Below, one piece after another: positions 37,546 to 46,395 of a stretch of DNA of 64,000 bases (position 1 is its first letter; every line of letters starts with the position of its first letter). The notes beneath the pieces are model-generated. The model ran no database searches and had not been told where the DNA came from. It worked only from the letters and a program-made list of their open reading frames with translations. This DNA comes from a virus (Duplodnaviria > Caudoviricetes), in the IMG/VR virus record IMGVR_UViG_3300042397_003635. One strand, written 5' to 3'. Both the position numbers and the translations under genes were made by a program.

Positions 37546-40440
37546 TTATTCTTGAGGAGCCGGTAAGAAAGAATCCATGTTAATATCGATTCCTAATAGA
37601 GAGTCTGAAGAAGTAGATTTAGTTCTAATATTATTAGCTTGCTCAACTTTAAAGTATTTAAGCTGATCGTCAGTTATCTTTCCATTGATTAAAACATAAT
37701 CTCCGGTATGCTTACTTACTGCCATAAAGTAGGTTCCATCTTGTAAGTATCGGTCAAATTCAATTTTCAAGACTCCATTTAGATAGGCCTGGTTTGTAAA
37801 TGTTCCGTCTTCAGCAATTGCATTATTAAATGTTGAAACCAATTCATCTTTATAGTTTTTATAAATTAGGTTAAATCCCGATGCTAAGATTTCAACAACC
37901 TCTGCTTTATTTGATGCCTGAACTGCGGCTGTAATTCCTTGGCTAAAATATTCCTTTCTTGGGTTAGCTGCAGCACTTGGTGCAAATGATGTAGAATTTT
38001 CAAGATATTCTGGAACTTCTTGTCCAGCTTCTGTAAATATGTCAGATAAACCTTTTCTAATATAGTTTCCAGCGTCAGCTCCCATACCGGTTCCGCTCTG
38101 TCCAGTTAATCTAAAATTATCTCCACTTGATTTAATTTCAATTGAATCACCTCCAACTTTAATATCTCCTTTAGTTTTATTATCCGCATTTACTGCATCT
38201 TTAACTAGGATAGACATCAAGATCTCTCCACGACCGATATTTACATTTCCAACTGATCCAATTAAATTGAATAATTGCTCATATAATTCTGGGCTAAGTC
38301 CTGTAGTATTAAATAGGGTTTTTAAATTTCCATTTGGGCTTGACGTAATATCTTCAAGCGTGATAGTTGGATTATCTAAATACGCTAATAGGTCATCGTC
38401 TTGGTCAAGCTCATCTGCGATTGTAACAATAGTTTTTGCTAAATCTTTATAACCCTTAGTTTTGCTAAGAATATCAAATAGATCTTTGGTTACATCATTG
38501 TGGGTTCTCTTTAAGAGTTTTTCAATCTTTTTATAGAGAGCTTCATTGTATGGAGCATCAATAATAAGATCCAATAGAGCAGTTTTCTTTTTATCCAACT
38601 CTTCAACTGAAATTGATTCAGTTAATAAAGACTCTTCAATTTCTTTACCCATATTATAGAATTCAGAATGAAGTGGTTTACTGGTTAAATTTTTGTATAG
38701 AACAAAATCTTGGTCTTTAACTGATTTAATTAAGTCGCTCTCTAATTCAATTTTAGGAACTTCAACCACTCTAAGCTGAGATGGAATCTTAGCGTATGGA
38801 GCCTTTTTATTAATTCGATTTAAATCTATTGATAAATCTGGAATAAAGTCTGGATTTGTTGCAATCGCCTTAATTGAATAACCTGGACCAACTGACTTTA
38901 TTAGTTCATCGATTCCAATTGAATCGACACTACCTCCCCCTACTACATAATCAGAGGTTTTAGAAAGTCTATCAATTGAACTTTTAACAGTATCGATTGA
39001 CATTGGAAAAACTGAACTTCTTTTTCCAGGGTGGTATGCTACCATTAAACAAGGAGAATCATATTTTCCTTTAATATTAGCAGCAATCTTTTCGTGCTCT
39101 TTACTTAGGGGTTGAAATTTATCTAGGTAAACAATTACCTCAACTTCTTTTTTTTTATTTTGGTCTGCTTGAAATTGACTGAAAAAATCAGTTGCATCCT
39201 CATCAGTTCCAAAAAATTGATTAAAGGTTGGGAAAAAAGATTCGTTTAACTTATCTTCTGCTGCCAATTGAACCTTAGATATTTGAGATTTTAGAGTTTC
39301 TTTCATAGTTTTATTAAAGAATGTTGAGCTAACTCTAATGTTCTTCTTTCTAAATGTATTTAGGAAAACTCTATAAAGTTCTTTGAGCGTTTTATCAGAA
39401 TCAATTAAATTAATAACAATATCATCATTAATTAATGATCGGTTAACGTCAAATTCAGGTTTATTTAAGAATTCTGGTGTTGTAATTTCAAGTCCACGAT
39501 ATTTGCTACCATGTTCCTGAACAAAATCTTTGAAAATTGCATTTATAATTTGAATGTATCTTCTTTCAAATGTTGTACCATTTGGTTTAATTGCATCAAG
39601 ATCCGCTTGTGAATAAGTCTCAATGAAATTCATTAAGTCAGCAGTCATGATCCAAATATAATCATCAGTTTTAGGTGCTTCAACTCTAGCCTGAGCCTTT
39701 TCCTTTGCTCTTGCTTGGAATACTGGGTCTACTAATTTTGCTAAAAATACAGAGTCTTCTCCATTTGGCTCATAAAATCTAAATACAATACCTTCAATAT
39801 CTTTGTCTGCACTATCTCTTAAAAATGAAGTTTTAAGTTCAGGGTTTAGGACATTAATAATGTATTTAGTAAATGACGCAGTTTTAAACTTTCCAACCAG
39901 TTCATCAAGAGGAGTATAGACAAAGTCTAAAATCTTTTCCTTTTGATCTTCGGTTAGCTTTCCTTGAAAAATAATTGGTGGGCGTTCAATATCTAAAATA
40001 TCTGCCCATTTGTCTAAATCTTCTTTATCTTGAATAGTCTCCGCTTGTTCGCCTGCCTCATCCAATATATGAATATAACTTAGGATTAGGTGATTCTTAG
40101 GAAGTCTATCATATTGGATTGACTGTGCAGTTGGAGAACTAAAATACTCCATTCCAAAATGATAATTACATGGAAGCTTTTCGATTACCTCTGACGATAA
40201 CTCATCAAAGTGCTTAAGTGCAGGATTATAGTATGAACTTAGGACACGATCTACTCCAGTTAATTTAGTATTACGTTTAAAAAATTCAAAAGGTTCTTCA
40301 GAATTTCCACAGTTTCTTTGAGCACCAAAGAAGGCACCGTCCATTTTTTCATTAACGATAACTTCTTTGTTTAATAGAGCTTCTAAGAATTCTTTGCCCT
40401 TTTTTTCGTAAATATCTTTTAAGTGGTTTAAACCTGCCAT
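37546..40440 (-). CDS. Multidomain protein: RNA-ligase-like nucleotidyltransferase + degenerate HIGH-type NTase + PD-(D/E)xK nuclease-like domain
   Basis: Ligase motifs EKMDG (I), FKRN (Ia), GMEY (III), EGIVFR (IV), AKLVDPVF (V); VYLDKFQPLSKEHEK; GRGE...KGDIKVGGDSIEIKS; linkers LNESFFPTFNQFF and LLTES. Confidence 0.75.
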   Translation of the reverse strand: MAGLNHLKDIYEKKGKEFLEALLNKEVIVNEKMDGAFFGAQRNCGNSEEPFEFFKRNTKLTGVDRVLSSYYNPALKHFDELSSEVIEKLPCNYHFGMEYFSSPTAQSIQYDRLPKNHLILSYIHILDEAGEQAETIQDKEDLDKWADILDIERPPIIFQGKLTEDQKEKILDFVYTPLDELVGKFKTASFTKYIINVLNPELKTSFLRDSADKDIEGIVFRFYEPNGEDSVFLAKLVDPVFQARAKEKAQARVEAPKTDDYIWIMTADLMNFIETYSQADLDAIKPNGTTFERRYIQIINAIFKDFVQEHGSKYRGLEITTPEFLNKPEFDVNRSLINDDIVINLIDSDKTLKELYRVFLNTFRKKNIRVSSTFFNKTMKETLKSQISKVQLAAEDKLNESFFPTFNQFFGTDEDATDFFSQFQADQNKKKEVEVIVYLDKFQPLSKEHEKIAANIKGKYDSPCLMVAYHPGKRSSVFPMSIDTVKSSIDRLSKTSDYVVGGGSVDSIGIDELIKSVGPGYSIKAIATNPDFIPDLSIDLNRINKKAPYAKIPSQLRVVEVPKIELESDLIKSVKDQDFVLYKNLTSKPLHSEFYNMGKEIEESLLTESISVEELDKKKTALLDLIIDAPYNEALYKKIEKLLKRTHNDVTKDLFDILSKTKGYKDLAKTIVTIADELDQDDDLLAYLDNPTITLEDITSSPNGNLKTLFNTTGLSPELYEQLFNLIGSVGNVNIGRGEILMSILVKDAVNADNKTKGDIKVGGDSIEIKSSGDNFRLTGQSGTGMGADAGNYIRKGLSDIFTEAGQEVPEYLENSTSFAPSAAANPRKEYFSQGITAAVQASNKAEVVEILASGFNLIYKNYKDELVSTFNNAIAEDGTFTNQAYLNGVLKIEFDRYLQDGTYFMAVSKHTGDYVLINGKITDDQLKYFKVEQANNIRTKSTSSDSLLGIDINMDSFLPAPQE

Positions 40441-40459
40441 AAATTTTAATGTTTATTAA

Positions 40460-40960
40460 TTAGTCTAGTGATCCGTGTTTACCAGCTGACATGTCTTTTG
40501 CAAACTCTTGTCCAGCTTTAGATGAAACTCCAAGGTTAATACCTTTTAGTAAGCCAGCATCTTCTGGGTTTTCTTCAAAATAGGTAACTAATTGATCTAA
40601 GTTAATATTTTGATATGGTTGGATAGTTCCCTCAGGAAGTTTCTTTTCTAATTCTCTACCAGAAGAATAGTCTTTCCAGTTAAGATTCCAACAGTAAAAT
40701 TTAACTTCTTGCTTCATTTTTGATGCAAAATAGTGATCAATATCTGCAAGTCTTGCCTGAACCTCTGAAAGATCTGTTTTGTATGAAGTAGAGTGTCCAT
40801 AGATATCAGCCGGGGTTCCGATACTTAAGCTATCTGAAGTTAAATCTGTTAATTTAACCAATTTGTCCATTAGCTCCTGAAATGGTATGCCTTTAAGATC
40901 TTGAGTATCTTCTGCTTCATTTAAGAATTGCTTGAAGTCTCCAATTACGCGATTTGTCAT
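40460..40960 (-). CDS. Hypothetical protein with N-terminal CTS-like motif
   Basis: Starts MTNRVIGDFKQFLNEAE; late promoter upstream. Confidence 0.78.
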   Translation of the reverse strand: MTNRVIGDFKQFLNEAEDTQDLKGIPFQELMDKLVKLTDLTSDSLSIGTPADIYGHSTSYKTDLSEVQARLADIDHYFASKMKQEVKFYCWNLNWKDYSSGRELEKKLPEGTIQPYQNINLDQLVTYFEENPEDAGLLKGINLGVSSKAGQEFAKDMSAGKHGSLD

Positions 40961-40981
40961 TTTATAGTTGCCTATTTCTAA

Positions 40982-41581
40982 TTATTTATCCCGAACTAGT
41001 TTTTGGATTAAATCGCAGAACTCATCAACTGATTCTGAATCAAAATTATTTGTGAATGTATTAAATGAATTACCTAATCGACCTTCTTTAAATGTCCATG
41101 GAGCAGATTGAATTAAATTATGCATAATTCTTTTTTCTTCACTCGGTGAAATTAAGCCATCCCATAGGTCTTTTTGACGAGATTGGTCTTGTTTAAATTG
41201 ATCGGGTGCATCAATCATAATAGTTTTACAGTCTTGATAGCCAGGACGATTAATTAGACCAGCCAGCTCAGATTGAGCTTCATCAAAGGTTATTCGATTC
41301 CATAAAGTAGCCCAGGTGGCAGCTGTAATATGAGCTCGGTCAAATACAAAAATCTTTTCTGGAAATTGCTTATGTAGATCTAGGATTGTCATAATATTAC
41401 CCATGCTAAAGTAGTGGATTCCTTTATCGGACTTATCCCAATCTTTAACGATTGCAGAGTATTCGTTTGCTAGGTAAAATTTATAATAAAATAGGTTTAG
41501 ATCAACACCATGTCTTTCAATTAATTGGTTTAGCAAATAGGTTTTGCCTGAATGACGTGTGCCTTCAATAAAAATTATCAT
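40982..41581 (-). CDS. P-loop nucleoside monophosphate kinase-like protein (dNMP/thymidylate kinase family)
   Basis: IFIEGTRHSGKT Walker A; FVFDRAHIT DR motif. Confidence 0.75.
   Translation of the reverse strand: MIIFIEGTRHSGKTYLLNQLIERHGVDLNLFYYKFYLANEYSAIVKDWDKSDKGIHYFSMGNIMTILDLHKQFPEKIFVFDRAHITAATWATLWNRITFDEAQSELAGLINRPGYQDCKTIMIDAPDQFKQDQSRQKDLWDGLISPSEEKRIMHNLIQSAPWTFKEGRLGNSFNTFTNNFDSESVDEFCDLIQKLVRDK
40983..40989 (-). promoter_or_regulatory. Putative late promoter ATAAATA
   Basis: GATAAATAAT overlapping the kinase stop, about 23 nt upstream of 40960. Confidence 0.6.
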
Positions 41582-42108
41582 GAGTATTTAAGTTGTATTC
41601 TTTCTCTAGTTAATATACCAATATTTCCATTGATTTGAAGTAGTTCAGTCTTATCAACAAACCAATATTCAATCTTTTCAGTGACTTTAGAAAGATATGG
41701 ATTTTTGACATACTTATCGATTTGAACCAATGAGTCTTCGAATATTCGAATTGTATCAAAGTTTGGTCCAACCTTATCTAAGTACTCTAATAACATCTGT
41801 GGCTTGTCAGTATTTCTTTCACATAGGATAATTTGATCAAATCTTTTACTAATACCAAACTTATCCAATACAGCTTCCATGGCCTTTCTAGTTTTCTCAA
41901 CTCGGTGACTTAATATAATAGTAGTATGGTCTTCAGATAATTGGTTAAATACTGAGTCAATTAACTGTAATCGATAGAGATTTGTATTCAGGGACTTTGG
42001 ATTATCAAACCATTCGTATGGCTTTTTAAATTCTGTTCCTGCATGGGTAAATGGCGGAACTCTAAAGAGGGTTTCATCAAAATCGACTACGTTTAAAACT
42101 TGCTTCAT
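41578..42108 (-). CDS. HAD-superfamily phosphatase (RNA-repair / PNK-phosphatase-like)
   Basis: VVDFDETLF (DxDxT), ILSHR, K in DKP, IFEDS; ATG at 42108. Confidence 0.78.
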   Translation of the reverse strand: MKQVLNVVDFDETLFRVPPFTHAGTEFKKPYEWFDNPKSLNTNLYRLQLIDSVFNQLSEDHTTIILSHRVEKTRKAMEAVLDKFGISKRFDQIILCERNTDKPQMLLEYLDKVGPNFDTIRIFEDSLVQIDKYVKNPYLSKVTEKIEYWFVDKTELLQINGNIGILTRERIQLKYS

Positions 42109-42145
42109 ATGAAATAAATAACTTTGAAATAATATTATACTAAAA

Positions 42146-42607
42146 TTGAACTTAGAGTTTATCAAAGGAGAGTACGAGGGTAATAGAGTTAATCTGGTTA
42201 GGGAAACTATTCAGAGAAAGCAGCCCTTTGTCATCTTTACTTTTAGTAATCCAAAGATTTATCGTCAAGTTTTAACAGATTTATCCAAATTTGGTGCACT
42301 TCCATATGTTCGTCAGACATTTATTCCAAATGTTCAAATGGGCGGCTATCCTATAATATACCCAAGTATTTTTGTAACAAACGTCGGATCTGATGTAAAA
42401 GACGGAGAATTTAAACAAATGATGCTTGGCAGCTTAAAACAATATCACATTGATTCTATTATTTGTCTCTATGCTGGACAGCTTAGTTCATATTATAAAA
42501 ATGGAGATACCCATTCAATTGGAACTGACATTTATACAACATTGGATCCACGTGAATTTGAAAGCTATTACTTTAAATTGGAGAGTACTTGTTATACCTT
42601 TGTCTAA
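42146..42607 (+). CDS. Hypothetical protein (153 aa)
   Basis: TTG-start ORF divergent from the HAD gene. Confidence 0.65.
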   Translation: MNLEFIKGEYEGNRVNLVRETIQRKQPFVIFTFSNPKIYRQVLTDLSKFGALPYVRQTFIPNVQMGGYPIIYPSIFVTNVGSDVKDGEFKQMMLGSLKQYHIDSIICLYAGQLSSYYKNGDTHSIGTDIYTTLDPREFESYYFKLESTCYTFV

Positions 42608-42638
42608 ACCTTAAGTCCAGTACCAAGTAAAAGAAGGT

Positions 42639-43088
42639 ATGGAATTCGAACAACAATCACAAGAAGTTAAGAAGAGTTTATCTGATGTTTTTTCAGCAAA
42701 GCGTAAGGTTGTGTCTGAAGAGGTGCAAGAAGGTATTGGCTATATGAATAATATTAAACGCCTAGCCGACGCTCAGGTTTATTTCTTAAGTTTAAGACAG
42801 AGATTGCTCGAAGAAAACCATACCCTAATTGAACATTACAATCGCTATAAAAAGAAATATAGAGAACAAAAAGGAGACGAATGGGAAGCAGTCTCCAGAA
42901 CATCCCAGCTAAGATACAATTCTAACGAAAAGACTACTATTGTCGACGGAAAAACGTCTAACATCAAAGAAACGATCGAACAAATCGAAAGCCAAACTCA
43001 ATTTTATCAAGACACAATCAAGACAGTAGATGCCGCTCTTTTCGGAATTAAAACTAGACTTGATATCGAAAAGATGCTGGGTGTGTAA
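42639..43088 (+). CDS. uvsY: Probable recombination mediator UvsY
   Basis: Helical 149-aa protein directly upstream of uvsW; C-terminal ALFGIKTRLD resembles T4 UvsY RGFAIKHIQD. Confidence 0.6.
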   Translation: MEFEQQSQEVKKSLSDVFSAKRKVVSEEVQEGIGYMNNIKRLADAQVYFLSLRQRLLEENHTLIEHYNRYKKKYREQKGDEWEAVSRTSQLRYNSNEKTTIVDGKTSNIKETIEQIESQTQFYQDTIKTVDAALFGIKTRLDIEKMLGV

Positions 43089-43103
43089 AAACATCTGCCA
43101 AGT

Positions 43104-44666
43104 TTGCTAAAGTTTAAGTTAACACCAGACAAAAGATATTTTCAGCTAATACATAATGATCTTAAGAAAGAAGTGGTCGATCTTAAGAACTTCTTTAAGA
43201 AAAGAGCAAAGGGCTATCACTTCAGTCCTCTATTTCAACGTCGCCTTTGGGACGGTTATGACAAGTTCATAGATCGAGAAAACCGAATTGGAGTAGGTCT
43301 TTGGTATCAAATCAAACAATTTAGCCAAATTTATGGTCATGAGATTGAATTAGATGGATTAGATTCTCTACTTAATCTTGAATTTACAAAGGATCAACTT
43401 GATAAATTTGCAAGCGTCTTATTAGATGGTGTGGATCTTACACCATACGATTATCAAATGGAAGCTGCATATCGAGCACTTAAGTTTAAGTTTAGCGCCC
43501 AAGAATTAGCAACTTCTGCTGGTAAAACCCTAATCCTATTTTTATATTTAAGCTTTCTTAAACGCAAAGGAATTATTAATGGCAAAGATAAAAAGGCCCT
43601 TATTGTAGTTCCTAATATTTCGCTAGTTGGCCAAACTGCAGAGAAATTTGTAAAGGACTATCACACTGGATTAATTAACTGGAATATCTTAGAAGTCGGC
43701 GGTAAAAACAAATACTCTGATAAGAAATTTGAAGAAGCCGATCTTGTAATTTCAACATATCAAAGTTTAGCAAAAAGGGACGGAGATTTCTTTAAGAAAT
43801 TTACTGTGCTTTGTGTTGATGAGTGCCATACTTCAAGAGGAGATACCATTAAAGATATTCTCCTAGCTTCAACTAATGTTGAATATAAATTGGGTCTTTC
43901 TGGAACAATTCAAGTAGACGAAGATTTTTCTGACTTCTATAAAATCCAAGAATATATTGGGCCTTTGAGTATGACTCTTAAATCCAGTTTCCTAATTGAA
44001 AACAAACACTCGCCGGATGTTTACATTAAGATTCTTTCCCTAAAATATCCCGAAAACGAACCATTTATTCAAAACTACAAATACATGCAAGAGCATGGTA
44101 AAAGTCAATTCCATCGTATTGAGGACTATGGTAAAAACATGTTCCAAATGGAAAAGGATTTTATTATTTCATATGAACCTCGAGTAGATTTTATTTCAAC
44201 CTTAGTTCAAAAACTTGGTGGAAATACCCTAATCTTATTCATTAATGTAAAGGACAAATACGGCCAGCGGATAAAGGAACGAATTTCCGATTGGAATCCA
44301 AATTCATTTTATATTGATGGCGAAGTAAGTGGTGATGACCGAGCTGAATATAAAGATGCAATGGAAGCTGGGTCTAATGTAACCCTAGTTGCAAGTTATG
44401 CAACCTTTGCGACCGGTATCGACTTAAAGAATGTGCAAAATATTATCTTTGCCGAAAGTTATAAATCTGAAATTACTATTCGCCAAGCAGTAGGGCGTGG
44501 CATGCGTAAACTTGCTGGAAAAAGCAAAGTAACAATTTATGATCTAATCGATGATCTAAATGGTTATATTGTAAAACACGGTAAAGTTCGTGAGAAAATT
44601 TATGAAAAGGAACAGTGGATTGTGTCTAAACACAGTTATGACTTAGGTAAATTCATTAAGGGTTAA
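43104..44666 (+). CDS. uvsW: SF2 DNA helicase UvsW
   Basis: LTPYDYQ, ATSAGKT, VVPNISLV, VDECH, GLSGT, TFATGID, QAVGRGMR. Confidence 0.93.
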   Translation: MLKFKLTPDKRYFQLIHNDLKKEVVDLKNFFKKRAKGYHFSPLFQRRLWDGYDKFIDRENRIGVGLWYQIKQFSQIYGHEIELDGLDSLLNLEFTKDQLDKFASVLLDGVDLTPYDYQMEAAYRALKFKFSAQELATSAGKTLILFLYLSFLKRKGIINGKDKKALIVVPNISLVGQTAEKFVKDYHTGLINWNILEVGGKNKYSDKKFEEADLVISTYQSLAKRDGDFFKKFTVLCVDECHTSRGDTIKDILLASTNVEYKLGLSGTIQVDEDFSDFYKIQEYIGPLSMTLKSSFLIENKHSPDVYIKILSLKYPENEPFIQNYKYMQEHGKSQFHRIEDYGKNMFQMEKDFIISYEPRVDFISTLVQKLGGNTLILFINVKDKYGQRIKERISDWNPNSFYIDGEVSGDDRAEYKDAMEAGSNVTLVASYATFATGIDLKNVQNIIFAESYKSEITIRQAVGRGMRKLAGKSKVTIYDLIDDLNGYIVKHGKVREKIYEKEQWIVSKHSYDLGKFIKG

Positions 44667-45451
44667 CGTATATGACCGTCTGTAATCTCGTCCGCTAAGA
44701 ACTCCATAAAATACCGTTCGGCATTGCGCTCAAATTCTTTATGTTGACGCTGGATTGATTTAAGATCGTCTTCAATTTGATCTAATTTAGCAGATTCTGT
44801 ATCGAACCATTTAATAAGTTCAGCTAATTTATCAGTAATTTCCTTTACTGCATCTTCGTCTTCTACTAAACCAAGTTCAGCAAGACGCTTCCATTCAGGA
44901 CTATTGATTGCGGTAGCAACTTCTGCAATAGTTTCTTCATCATAATACTCTTTAGTCTCTAAATAATCAGTAACAGTTTCTTCTGCATATTCTAGTAGAC
45001 GGTCTGCTCCTAATTCTGGTTCAATATGAACCCAACCGCCGCTATTTCCGCCCCAACCGACTGCATTTACCCAATCATAGGATTGTTCAATATCTTCTTG
45101 AAACATTTCCGCTTGATCTTGTAGCCATCTATACCAAATATCGCTTAGGTACTCTTCATCAAGTTCAATACCAAATTTAGATTCAACTTCATCTGTACTT
45201 GGCCATACATGAACCTTTACATTAAGCGCAAAATAGTCTCCTTTATGGTTGCTATAGCCTCTTCCTCTATTTAAATTCCAATCATCTGAAAATAGTGAAT
45301 CGACTTTAGCCTCAAATAATTCTAGTTTTTTAAGTATGTCCCTTTCTAACAGAAAATCGACAAGCTTATCTTTATAAAAAGCAACTAACGAATTATTGTT
45401 AGCCTTTAAATACTCTCTGCTAAAATTTTCAAATAGTTTAATATGTTTCAT
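44663..45451 (-). CDS. Acidic hypothetical protein with N-terminal CTS-like motif
   Basis: Starts MKHIKLFENF. Confidence 0.78.
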   Translation of the reverse strand: MKHIKLFENFSREYLKANNNSLVAFYKDKLVDFLLERDILKKLELFEAKVDSLFSDDWNLNRGRGYSNHKGDYFALNVKVHVWPSTDEVESKFGIELDEEYLSDIWYRWLQDQAEMFQEDIEQSYDWVNAVGWGGNSGGWVHIEPELGADRLLEYAEETVTDYLETKEYYDEETIAEVATAINSPEWKRLAELGLVEDEDAVKEITDKLAELIKWFDTESAKLDQIEDDLKSIQRQHKEFERNAERYFMEFLADEITDGHIR

Positions 45452-45453
45452 AG

Positions 45454-45705
45454 TTACTTAGATTCAAAATATTCGTTAAATTGTAAAATACTTTCGTTAA
45501 CTGATTGATATGCTGGAACCTTTGCTTTTTCTTTTACTGATGTTGATTTGGGTTGTGCAACAGCTTGTGTCTGTGACACCTTAACTGCTAGTTCAGTAAC
45601 CTTATCCCTAATCGAACAAATTTTTTGATAGTCCTGTTTTGTTAATTGAATCGTTGATTCATTTAGCGTAGACAAATAGTTTAAAAATTGGTCGATTTGC
45701 GACAT
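45454..45705 (-). CDS. Small hypothetical protein with LNE/VNE sites and C-terminal CTS-like motif
   Basis: MSQIDQFLNYLSTLNES...VNESILQFNEYFESK; ATG 1 nt after the upstream stop. Confidence 0.72.
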   Translation of the reverse strand: MSQIDQFLNYLSTLNESTIQLTKQDYQKICSIRDKVTELAVKVSQTQAVAQPKSTSVKEKAKVPAYQSVNESILQFNEYFESK

Positions 45706-45706
45706 T

Positions 45707-46321
45707 TTAAAGCGATATTTTTGCTGCAATAATTATCCCAAGTACCAATTTGCAATAAATCATTTGGAAATCGTAATACGTCATAATAATATCGTATTGC
45801 TTTTTATCCATTTTTATCACATTTGCACCAGAAGATAACTTATTGATATTATTTATCAATTGGACAGTCTCTTTGAGCTGCGTAACGCCGATCAGGCGCA
45901 TCAAAATGTCATTAAATGTGCTATAATTTAGCGTGGCGCGATCGTCGGCAATCTTTTTGAGCCAATGTTCAACTACCAGGACCGCATCTCTCTTTTTAAT
46001 AATATCATTAGTTGGCAAAGCTGTGTTAATTATCTTTACAATATCATCAAGTTCAGTAATTGTCTCTGCTCTGGCACTTAACCAGTCCAATTCTCTATCA
46101 AAAACTGAAATTGCAGTCTTTTGCTTTTCTCTGGTATAGACAAAATTAATTATGAATGGATTTGTTATTGGGCCTGCTGCCATGGCAAATTCCCCATCTT
46201 CAGTTTGGGGCTTTTTTAGCTCCTCCGCTTCAATGTGAAAATCCTGAAATGGAAAATTTCGCAAAAATGGATAATTTGCGTAAACTTTCGATAAAGTTCT
46301 GTCCTGTGCTACCAATGCCAT
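45707..46321 (-). CDS. Hypothetical late protein (204 aa)
   Basis: ORF directly downstream of ATAAATA. Confidence 0.72.
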   Translation of the reverse strand: MALVAQDRTLSKVYANYPFLRNFPFQDFHIEAEELKKPQTEDGEFAMAAGPITNPFIINFVYTREKQKTAISVFDRELDWLSARAETITELDDIVKIINTALPTNDIIKKRDAVLVVEHWLKKIADDRATLNYSTFNDILMRLIGVTQLKETVQLINNINKLSSGANVIKMDKKQYDIIMTYYDFQMIYCKLVLGIIIAAKISL

Positions 46322-46333
46322 GCTAATTTTAAT

Positions 46334-46340
46334 TATTTAT
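46334..46340 (-). promoter_or_regulatory. Putative late promoter ATAAATA
   Basis: AATAAATAAT 13 nt upstream of 46321. Confidence 0.6.
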
Positions 46341-46395
46341 TAGTATTATACTGATAGGTTAAACTAAGAACCCCAACCAAGTAAAATACTCATGT

